Shown in pieces: positions 57,277-64,000 of a stretch of 64,000 nucleotides of DNA. How positions within the stretch are numbered: position 1 is the first letter of the stretch; each line of letters begins with the position of its first letter. Source of the DNA: Bdellovibrionales bacterium (GTDB lineage: Bacteria > Bdellovibrionota > Bdellovibrionia > Bdellovibrionales > JAMPXM01); the NCBI GenBank assembly GCA_016713885.1, contig JADJOF010000002.1, positions 89,723 to 153,722 of the forward strand. The letters are read 5' to 3'. A program made the translations under genes and the position numbers. The notes beneath the pieces are model-generated. The model was not told the DNA's origin, did no database searches, and was given only the letters and a program-made list of their open reading frames with translations.

Positions 57277-57327
57277 AGAGCCAATCAGATTTGTTTGCTA
57301 GTGTAAGGGAATCAAAGGGAGGCCTTT

Positions 57328-57519
57328 ATGAAAGTGAACGTTGGAACTCTGGATCGAGCTGGCCGTGTGGTGATTGGTCTTGCATTGATTGGTATGGCGG
57401 CGATGGATGTTGTCGGTCCATGGGGATATATCGGTGTGGTGCCGCTATTGACGGCGGGACTTGGCTTTTGTCCGCTGTACTCGATTATCGGACTCAATAC
57501 CTGCCCGATTAAAAAGTAG
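57328..57519 (+). CDS. DUF2892 (YgaP C-terminal-like) small membrane protein
   Basis: MKVNVGTLDRAGRVVIGLALIG...GYIGVVPLLTAGLGFCPLYSIIGLNTC is the typical DUF2892 sequence. RBS AAAGGGAGG. Confidence 0.75.
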   Translation: MKVNVGTLDRAGRVVIGLALIGMAAMDVVGPWGYIGVVPLLTAGLGFCPLYSIIGLNTCPIKK

Positions 57520-57550
57520 AAAACGAAACCAGGGCGCTTTCGCAGTTGCG

Positions 57551-58930
57551 TTAAGTGAATTCGCGAAAGCGTCGATCGTTGAGGAAGCGGTCAAAAAATG
57601 AGGCTGTCGCTTCGAGCGCATCGTCTTCGCTCATTCCGTGTTCGGCGGCGACGATCAACGCAATTTCGCCGAGGCTTTTCTGCCCGTCGACGAGTGACAA
57701 CACCAGGGCCATCACCGCGTGAGTCGCGGAACTCGACTGAAAGACTGGAAGCGCTGGAATCGGAAGTTTGGAATTTTGAATCCAGACTGCGCGGTCATCG
57801 ATCGGTGTGGGGATCACATTTTCTGTATTGCCGGTTTTGTCCCAGGCTCCGAGCGATACCGTTTCAAAGCGGCGATGGGCGTCGAAGGGCGACTGCAAGT
57901 ACGGAATCTCGAGTTGCTGCCGGGTTAACTGAGAAAATCCAAATTTCAGACAGCGTTCAGTGAGTTCGTCGTGACCGATGTTTTCAGCAGTATCACTGAA
58001 ATCAAAACGAAATGAGCCAAAGTTGACCCAGCGCCCGGCGGGTTTAAGGACTTGAGAAATGCCGGCCAAGAGGCAGTCGACACTTCGGGGCAGGATATCG
58101 ACGAGCCACGGTGTCAAGCAAACATCAAAGCTCTCAGCTGCAAACGGCAGATGGTACACATCACCAAAAACAAAGTGAAGGTTCGGGGCGGATCCGAGCT
58201 TTGCTTCGAGAGTTACGATTTGTCCAGGTCGAGAGGGGTCTTTGGGCGAGACCGAAAACTCCGCCGCTTGTGCAGACTTTCCGCGATTCAGCGAGTGGGC
58301 CGCGAAGAGTAAAATGGGATTCAAATCAAACGCGATAACAGTGGTTGTCGGATGAGCTTTGGCCACATCGTAGGCGAGTCGCGAGCCGCCAGCTCCTAGA
58401 ACCAGAACGGTTTCCGCATCGCTAGGAATGAGATCTTTGACCGCGGCGAATGAAATTCTATTTTCATCTTCAAAATGAGCGGACCAATCGCGGATGAGGT
58501 TTGGAAAATAGCCGAGGAGTCCCTGCCGAAGCGGTAGGCGATAGCCAAAGGCCCGACTCTTCTCGAGAGCTCCTTTTTGTCCAACCTTGCTGGGCTTCAA
58601 TGGTTCAAGTGTCTTTTTTAGAAATTCGAAATGCCGAATTTTAAGAAGCCGAAGGTTTTCAATTCGTGTTTTTGCAAGATGGCTTTCGGTTTCACTGGCG
58701 GACGCCTTGAGGTCGCCAATCTCGCCGTCAAGATGATTGAGGAGTGCCAGGCTTCGTTCGCGCCACTCATGCAGTGTGTGTTTGGGATCGGGAAAGAGCC
58801 ACGGGACCTCGTCTAAGATGGGATATGTGATCGCGGGAGAACTGTTCGTCTCGGGAGCGAGCTCGCCATTTGCTTTCTTGAGCGGATGGCGCAGGACGGG
58901 GCAGGCAAGAAGCGAGAGCCAGTCTTTCAT
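57551..58930 (-). CDS. Class I SAM-dependent methyltransferase with an N-terminal Trm112-like segment
   Basis: LLACPVLRHPL...YPILDEVPWLF is Trm112-like. VLVLGAGGSRLAYDVA...VIAFDLNP is SAM motif I and post-I. It starts 33 nt downstream of the preceding gene on the same strand. Confidence 0.7.
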   Translation of the reverse strand: MKDWLSLLACPVLRHPLKKANGELAPETNSSPAITYPILDEVPWLFPDPKHTLHEWRERSLALLNHLDGEIGDLKASASETESHLAKTRIENLRLLKIRHFEFLKKTLEPLKPSKVGQKGALEKSRAFGYRLPLRQGLLGYFPNLIRDWSAHFEDENRISFAAVKDLIPSDAETVLVLGAGGSRLAYDVAKAHPTTTVIAFDLNPILLFAAHSLNRGKSAQAAEFSVSPKDPSRPGQIVTLEAKLGSAPNLHFVFGDVYHLPFAAESFDVCLTPWLVDILPRSVDCLLAGISQVLKPAGRWVNFGSFRFDFSDTAENIGHDELTERCLKFGFSQLTRQQLEIPYLQSPFDAHRRFETVSLGAWDKTGNTENVIPTPIDDRAVWIQNSKLPIPALPVFQSSSATHAVMALVLSLVDGQKSLGEIALIVAAEHGMSEDDALEATASFFDRFLNDRRFREFT

Positions 58931-58963
58931 GGCTCATAGTTTAGTAGGACAAAGGCCAGTGCT

Positions 58964-59863
58964 CTACTGGACCTTGAGAGTTTCAAATTCAAACTGGACC
59001 GTGTCTGTGGCGACAACGCCGCCCGGCACTTCGATCACCGATGTTCCAAGCGAGAGGTTGCCGTTAGGTGTCTGGCCGGTCAGGCCCGCTGTACCGGGAT
59101 TAAAGGTCTTATTGACGCCGGTGAAGGTGGTCGCCGTTTCGATCAGCGTTCCGTTGATGCGAATGTGAATACCTTTGATGACGATGCCACTCGAGACGGT
59201 TTGTAGACTTGGCCTGATGATGTAATACACCTGCATGCCGCTGACGACGTCCGTGCGGACTTGAAAGTGGAGCTTCGCGCCTCCGAAGCTTCCAGCGCCC
59301 ATTTGCATTTGGCTATCGAGATCAATTGTCCGAAGCGCGGCGGTTGTGGTCGCCGTCATCGCCAGGGCGGCGGTGCGCGCAGAGATCGCTGCAGATCCAC
59401 CACCGACATCTTTACATGAAGCGTAGCTTGCGGCAGCGCCGTCGATAGCGGCCTCATGTTCTGGACCGCCGGCTCCGGAGCCGTGATTCGGGTTGAGGGC
59501 ATACTGGCGAATTTTGTCGATTTGGGTTTTCTCAAACTCGATGAACGAAGCGTCGAGAGACGGTTGTGCGAAGTTCACAGGTGCATTGCTTGTATGGCAA
59601 GATGCGCAGTTGGTTCGAAAAAATGGATAGTAAGTTTTCGAAAAATCGGTTTTATGGTCGCCGGAACAAATGAAGTTTCCGAGACTCGAGAGTTTGTCGC
59701 TGTCCATCGTGACGAAGTCAGCGCCGCAGTTTTGGAAAAGGACAATGCAGAATCCAGAGGCAACTGCCAGGAGGAGTCGCGTGGCGAATCCCCCTGACGC
59801 CTTTTCATTCTGGTTTTTGTCTTTCACATCCTGCATTCGGCCCCCAGAAAACGTTCCAATCAA
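58964..59863 (-). CDS. 'FQNC' lipoprotein with a PSCyt1-like CxxCH motif
   Basis: Signal end FCIVLFQNCGADF. YYPFFRTNCASCHTSNAP is a CxxCH heme-binding signature in a planctomycete-cytochrome-like context. The start could be the internal MQDVKD (59836). Confidence 0.65.
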   Translation of the reverse strand: MIGTFSGGRMQDVKDKNQNEKASGGFATRLLLAVASGFCIVLFQNCGADFVTMDSDKLSSLGNFICSGDHKTDFSKTYYPFFRTNCASCHTSNAPVNFAQPSLDASFIEFEKTQIDKIRQYALNPNHGSGAGGPEHEAAIDGAAASYASCKDVGGGSAAISARTAALAMTATTTAALRTIDLDSQMQMGAGSFGGAKLHFQVRTDVVSGMQVYYIIRPSLQTVSSGIVIKGIHIRINGTLIETATTFTGVNKTFNPGTAGLTGQTPNGNLSLGTSVIEVPGGVVATDTVQFEFETLKVQ

Positions 59864-59871
59864 TCGCGCAC

Positions 59872-61377
59872 CTAGGCGAATCGAATCACCTCATCCATGT
59901 CTGCTCGTTGGAGCACTCCCGGAGCAATGGATTCAAACTTAGCGGACTGTTTTGCGAAGGCGAGATAGTTTGCAAACACGCAAGCGGCGGCTTTTTCCAC
60001 TGAGCCGACAGCTGACTGATCCGTCGCGCCCTGGCCATTCGTGAAGTAACCAACCTGGTGTTTGAACTGATCGTTCTTCATCGCCGGACGACCATTGGGA
60101 TCGTATGCGAAGATCCAGGTTTGTCCGCGGTTGCCGGAGTCGTTGTTGAAGTCACCACCGAAAGCCGATCCCGATCCGGAACTGACGGAACCATCGCTGG
60201 TCACGTGGATCATAACGGGTTTGCCAAGAGCGTTAGCGGACTCAATGATACGACCGACCATTTGTCCGGCGCGAGCATCGGCCGCGTTTTGATTGGCTCG
60301 ACCAGCACCGTGGTAGTCGTAACCGCCCAGGTCAATGCCTGTGACAGCAGAGTTTCCTTTGAGCGCGTTGTAGACCATTGCGGCCTGAGCGTATGTTCCG
60401 CCGTTTTTATTCCCAGCGGTGATGCCCCAGACCGTTGCAACTGCGGAGTTGAGGCCCGGATCGATGCCAGGGTCTGCTTTTGATGCAAGCTCAATATTCT
60501 TGCCGGTTGCGCACTCGACGACTTGCGCGAGTTTTGTTCCGGTCGCGCTGCCGACGGCGGCGATGGCGCGAGCTTGTGAGCCTGAAAGCGAGTTGACGAG
60601 TTCGAGGAGTTTACGGCGGCGCCCTTCGTTCAAGCGAGTGGCGAGCGATCCGGCTGGCTTTAAAGCGCTTTCGATGTCGGCGTAGCTTCGGACGACAAGT
60701 GGTGCGTCGGGCTTGATGATCGCCGGGATTTGGCCCACGCCCGATCCGGTTCCGTCGCGGCTACCAAGGCTTGGCAAGAGATCGCCATTTATGCCAGCGG
60801 CTGACACCAGACCAATCACGCTTGCGGGATTGTTGCTCGAGTCGTCTCCGGACGTTACGCAAACGCAGACAAACGAAGTTTTGTCGAGTGCTCCAGCGGA
60901 AGCGGCTTGCGAGAGTCCAAGCCAGAAATGGCCAGCGGGAGTTCCGGCGTTCTTATTGCCCGAAAGACGCACGCCTTGGAAGGCTGTGTGGCTTCGTGCA
61001 TCGTCAGACAAGAAGAGATTGTCGGCGCCAAGCCCAAGCAAGTCGTATTTTGCCAGTGGGTTGCGGTCTAGTCCAAGGGGAGGAGCATTCGATGAAAGAG
61101 AGGCTCCACCAGATAGATTGACGTGAATAAAAGCCGGCATCCCTGTGCCAGAAACCGCACATTGGGCATCGGCGGCCATTGCGAACTCCGGTCGCGCCAG
61201 CACGTTGAGAATGGACGGAGCCAAGACATAGCCAGAGAATCCAAGGATTCCAGTGGCCAAGAAATCTCGGCGAGAAGTCGGCTTGGCGTGGCCCTGCTGA
61301 AGAGTGATGATTCGTTCTTCGCCGGTGCTCTCGTCTACGACTTTCTTAACGATCGTGTCGTCGTTTCGCGATTTCAT
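59872..61377 (-). CDS. Tat-signal protein, DUF1501-like (alkaline-phosphatase-superfamily-like), tentative
   Basis: Twin-arginine motif TSRRDFLATGILGFSGYVLAP. FIHVNLSGGASLSSN and GGYDYHGAG...PVMIHVTSDG...DSGNRG loosely follow the DUF1501 pattern. Confidence 0.65.
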   Translation of the reverse strand: MKSRNDDTIVKKVVDESTGEERIITLQQGHAKPTSRRDFLATGILGFSGYVLAPSILNVLARPEFAMAADAQCAVSGTGMPAFIHVNLSGGASLSSNAPPLGLDRNPLAKYDLLGLGADNLFLSDDARSHTAFQGVRLSGNKNAGTPAGHFWLGLSQAASAGALDKTSFVCVCVTSGDDSSNNPASVIGLVSAAGINGDLLPSLGSRDGTGSGVGQIPAIIKPDAPLVVRSYADIESALKPAGSLATRLNEGRRRKLLELVNSLSGSQARAIAAVGSATGTKLAQVVECATGKNIELASKADPGIDPGLNSAVATVWGITAGNKNGGTYAQAAMVYNALKGNSAVTGIDLGGYDYHGAGRANQNAADARAGQMVGRIIESANALGKPVMIHVTSDGSVSSGSGSAFGGDFNNDSGNRGQTWIFAYDPNGRPAMKNDQFKHQVGYFTNGQGATDQSAVGSVEKAAACVFANYLAFAKQSAKFESIAPGVLQRADMDEVIRFA

Positions 61378-61449
61378 CTTAGATTCCCCCCGGAATACAT
61401 TTCTAAAACTCTGTTTTAACCCCGTTGCTTAAACCACTGCCTTCGCTCG

Positions 61450-62136
61450 CTAGAACCGGATGGCGTCGAGTGACGACAACATCGCGGCGCAAGTGAAGAG
61501 CAGGGCATTTTCGGTCTCGGCCGTGACGCTCTGATTCGCCGCTGCGGGCTCTGTCATCGCCGCGTCGAGCGTCGATTTGAGCAGAGTTTTCTCAGCGACG
61601 GATTCGTTGCGTCCCCAGAAGTTTCGAGCCATGCGTCGAATCAGATCGTCTTTCGCAGCATCAGTGATGGCTGTTGCTCCTTGCGCAAAATCGATCTTAT
61701 TGAAGAAGCGGCGGTTGTCGGCCACGGTCACGGCCTTTTCGGCAGTGATAAGATCAAGACAGATTTCTGCACCAAGATTCGTCACCGCGATCCACATCGG
61801 CGCGTTGACGGTATCGGCCTTTCCTGTTTCAGAGATCTTCGGGAGCGCGTTTGTTGCCGCAGTTTTGGCGCGCGCCGAAAGCGTCTCGACCCCTGTCAGT
61901 TGCTGCATCGACACCACAAGGTTCTCTGAATAGGTCACAGTGACCGGCTTAGTATCGCTTTCCAGATCGAGCGAGCTCGGACCTGAAACTCCGGTCGATG
62001 CTACCTTCGTACTCTGGACGACGCCAGGGCTACAGTTTTGAAAGCCGACCATCAAGACCAGAGCCACCATGGGCAAACCAGTTGAAGCGAGCAGTCCACG
62101 TTTCTGTGAAAGAGTCATTTCTTTAAAGTTTTTCAT
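61450..62136 (-). CDS. 'FQNC' lipoprotein, hypothetical
   Basis: AAGGGGA RBS followed by MKNFKEMTLSQKRGLLASTGLPMVALVLMVGFQNCSPG. No family recognised. Confidence 0.6.
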   Translation of the reverse strand: MKNFKEMTLSQKRGLLASTGLPMVALVLMVGFQNCSPGVVQSTKVASTGVSGPSSLDLESDTKPVTVTYSENLVVSMQQLTGVETLSARAKTAATNALPKISETGKADTVNAPMWIAVTNLGAEICLDLITAEKAVTVADNRRFFNKIDFAQGATAITDAAKDDLIRRMARNFWGRNESVAEKTLLKSTLDAAMTEPAAANQSVTAETENALLFTCAAMLSSLDAIRF

Positions 62137-62157
62137 TTTGAATTCCCCTTTCACTTG

Positions 62158-63480
62158 TTACTGCACACATTGCGGTTGGATGGCGACGTTTTCGAACATG
62201 TGGCGCATGTGATATCCGTCGATTTCAAACTGATCGGCGAGTGAGCGAACCACCTGTTCTTCCTGTGTTAGAGGCGAGCGGCGGCAGACACGTTTGAAGG
62301 CCCGACGAACCATGCAGCGAGAGAAGGCGCGCGAGTCAGCCATCATTTTTCCGAAGCTCGCCATACCGTTTCCGGTCAACGCACTTCTCCAGCCGAGTTG
62401 GTCGACGTTTTTACCGAGCGTCGCGTAGTTCACAACGCTGTTGTCGGTGGTGACATAGCCTTGCGGAAACTCGGTCTGGTTGCGATTCATCTTATTCACA
62501 ACGTTGGTGCCAATTCGGGCAGCATTGTTTGTGAAATCGAGGAACGCAAAGGCACCGCGGAAGCCGTCCATCTGACCATGGCACGCTTTGCACCTCGATT
62601 GGTACAGGTTCACGCTTCCAGATGGAGTTCGTGTCACGTCGCGAGCAACACGATCATCCGGCGCATCGGCATCGGCAAATTCAGTCATCGGCAGGCACAT
62701 GAATTCGCGGAATGAATATTCGACCATTCGACGATTTGTACCAGCGACAGCGTGAGCGCCGGTGAAGGAGCGAGTGGTCATAAGACCTGCGGGATCTGGG
62801 TGATCAACCGGCGTCTCAATGTTGTTTGCGCGTTGCGAGATTCTCTGTGGCGACTGACGGATCAAGATCGCCTGCGGAGATAAACCGCGCGAGACGATGT
62901 CGGCATAGTGATTGTTCGACGTCAGAATGTCGGCGGCCTCGTCTTGGCGAACTGTCGCATTTGTTGGAAGCGTCGCTATGATCGCGGGATCGACACGGTA
63001 GTAAAAGTTCCCAGTCAGCATCTCTTTTGCGCTGGTTGTGTCGCTATCGCGGACAATACCAATGAATGTCGCAACGAAGTCTGACATCGGAGCGCGAACA
63101 GTTTCGTCGCGATCAGACATCTCGCGCGCGGTGTCCCGAATCTGAATATCGAGAAACAGCGGGTCCTTACTTGCGACGGCCGCTGCGCCACGAAGGTTGC
63201 CTTGACGAATAAGTGCTTCCATCTGAACGATACGGGCATCGTCAATTGGAACACGAACGGCCGTCAGAGCCTGAAAGATCTTTTGAGCGCGTGTGCGCTC
63301 GGCACTGATTGCGCCATTGGGATCAGGGCGGACAGCCGGAATGGGCGTAATGTTCTGTGCATTCGCCTTTGAAGCCGCAACGATCGAAAGCATCGAGAGT
63401 AGCATCTTTACCGATGTACTCGACACGATACGCGATCTTGACTCCCCTAAACGGGTATCAAAACGAGACGTCTTCATCAT
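62158..63480 (-). CDS. DUF1588/DUF1592-like protein with a CxxCH motif
   Basis: GLMTTRSFTGAHAVAGTNRRMVEYSFREFMC..., SRCKACHGQMDGFRGAFAFLDF, and ...SRCMVRRAFKRVCRR...IDGYHMRHMF follow the pattern of the DUF1588-type heme-binding family (C-x-x-CH...D-x-x-G-x-a-f-x-x-fD). Confidence 0.65.
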   Translation of the reverse strand: MMKTSRFDTRLGESRSRIVSSTSVKMLLSMLSIVAASKANAQNITPIPAVRPDPNGAISAERTRAQKIFQALTAVRVPIDDARIVQMEALIRQGNLRGAAAVASKDPLFLDIQIRDTAREMSDRDETVRAPMSDFVATFIGIVRDSDTTSAKEMLTGNFYYRVDPAIIATLPTNATVRQDEAADILTSNNHYADIVSRGLSPQAILIRQSPQRISQRANNIETPVDHPDPAGLMTTRSFTGAHAVAGTNRRMVEYSFREFMCLPMTEFADADAPDDRVARDVTRTPSGSVNLYQSRCKACHGQMDGFRGAFAFLDFTNNAARIGTNVVNKMNRNQTEFPQGYVTTDNSVVNYATLGKNVDQLGWRSALTGNGMASFGKMMADSRAFSRCMVRRAFKRVCRRSPLTQEEQVVRSLADQFEIDGYHMRHMFENVAIQPQCVQ

Positions 63481-63562
63481 TCTCCCCCACCGACGAATTC
63501 TTGTCGGTGTACACGCGTCTGGACCTTAGAACATCCATTCGCAAACCCTGATTAATGATGAG

Positions 63563-63578
63563 AGCAAGGCTGGTGCCG
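63563..63578 (-). promoter_or_regulatory. Sigma-54-type promoter candidate (GGCAC-N5-TTGC)
   Basis: The minus strand reads cGGCACcagccTTGCt, with exact -24/-12 spacing and conserved GG and GC. It lies about 83 nt upstream of ATG 63480, the first gene of the five-gene operon. Confidence 0.4.
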
Positions 63579-63789
63579 TGTCAGATCCGTTACAGACCGT
63601 GCAAAGGGAGATACACCCGTCAGTCTAGCGACACCTGTTGAATCTGCTGACGCTTTGTCGAAAGACGCCAAGATTTCAAATGGATAGAGGATGGGCAGAA
63701 GCGTGAAACTTCATATTCTGACCAATGAGCTGAGCAGCGTTGGGACGATTGTGCCAATTTGATTCGAAGAATCTCTGCTTCTGAATCGT

Positions 63790-64000
63790 TTAGAAATTTG
63801 CGGTGAGGTAGTCAAAGAGGAGGCTTTGGGGAGCGGCGCCGCGGGCAAATGTGCCTCCGACGTGGCCACTGGTGCCATCGATTTTGGTACCGACCGCAAG
63901 GCCTCCGCGAGAACAGAGCTGGAGATAAAGGAACTGTTGGACGGCAGTATCGGCACCGTTTGCGGTCGCATTGGGCGTATAGAACGGCGTTTGATTGCTG
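63790..64000 (-). CDS. 3' end of a gene that starts beyond the window (hypothetical)
   Basis: A frame open from the window edge reads ...NATANGADTAVQQFLYLQLCSRGGLAVGTKIDGTSGHVGGTFARGAAPQSLLFDYLTANF* with the stop at 63790-63792. It looks more protein-like than the overlapping track ORF 63711..63971. Confidence 0.4.
   Translation of the reverse strand, partial: SNQTPFYTPNATANGADTAVQQFLYLQLCSRGGLAVGTKIDGTSGHVGGTFARGAAPQSLLFDYLTANF

Noticed and set aside
63711-63971. 86-aa track ORF on the minus strand
   Set aside because: An overlapping frame that is open to the window edge gives a more protein-like C-terminus (stop at 63790). The 86-aa product is Ser/Pro-rich with no start context.

Overview
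Bacterial chromosomal window with one tRNA-Leu, no rRNA and no CRISPR array, carrying roughly 65 protein-coding loci that are tightly packed. Several convergent gene pairs overlap at their stop codons. The source is unknown. Flp/TadE-type pilins and repeated 'FQNC' lipoprotein signal ends make me guess a Bdellovibrio-like or Oligoflexia-like organism, at low confidence.

Recognisable housekeeping genes:
- folD, gcvT-gcvH, a single-chain gcvP located 40 kb from gcvTH, and an ATP-type 6-phosphofructokinase
- apbE, an ABC-F ATPase, an FKBP-type PPIase lipoprotein and a pirin
- CBS-pair proteins, a TIGR01212-like radical SAM protein, an MnmC-like methyltransferase, NUDIX, VOC, patatin and a PAS histidine kinase

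Accessory content:
- An orphan Flp/TadE/TadG/CpaB-like pilin cluster (5.0-8.2 kb).
- A visibly AT-richer islet directly after tRNA-Leu (15.2-18 kb). It holds a signal-less SLT-domain protein with a small partner, two BrnT/BrnA toxin-antitoxin pairs and an HTH remnant.
- Three decayed insertion sequences. Two have insertion sites that can be reconstructed to the base: an IS4-like element splitting an AraC-family regulator, and a second IS4-like element nested inside an HUH/Y1 (IS200/RAYT-like) transposase gene.

Unusual features:
- At least 10 non-IS genes are broken by frameshifts, mostly at homopolymer runs, or by in-frame stop codons. gcvP is among them.
- An 874-aa secreted protein has Gly/Met/Tyr repeats encoded by 84-bp tandem DNA repeats.
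- A lipoprotein is built from about 12 paired-Cys repeats.
- A five-gene minus-strand operon (57.5-63.5 kb) sits behind a sigma-54-like promoter. It encodes two CxxCH proteins, a Tat-signal DUF1501-like protein, 'FQNC' lipoproteins and a Trm112-fused methyltransferase. I consider this the best candidate for an uncharacterised system.

All family assignments come from motif recognition by eye. No searches were run.
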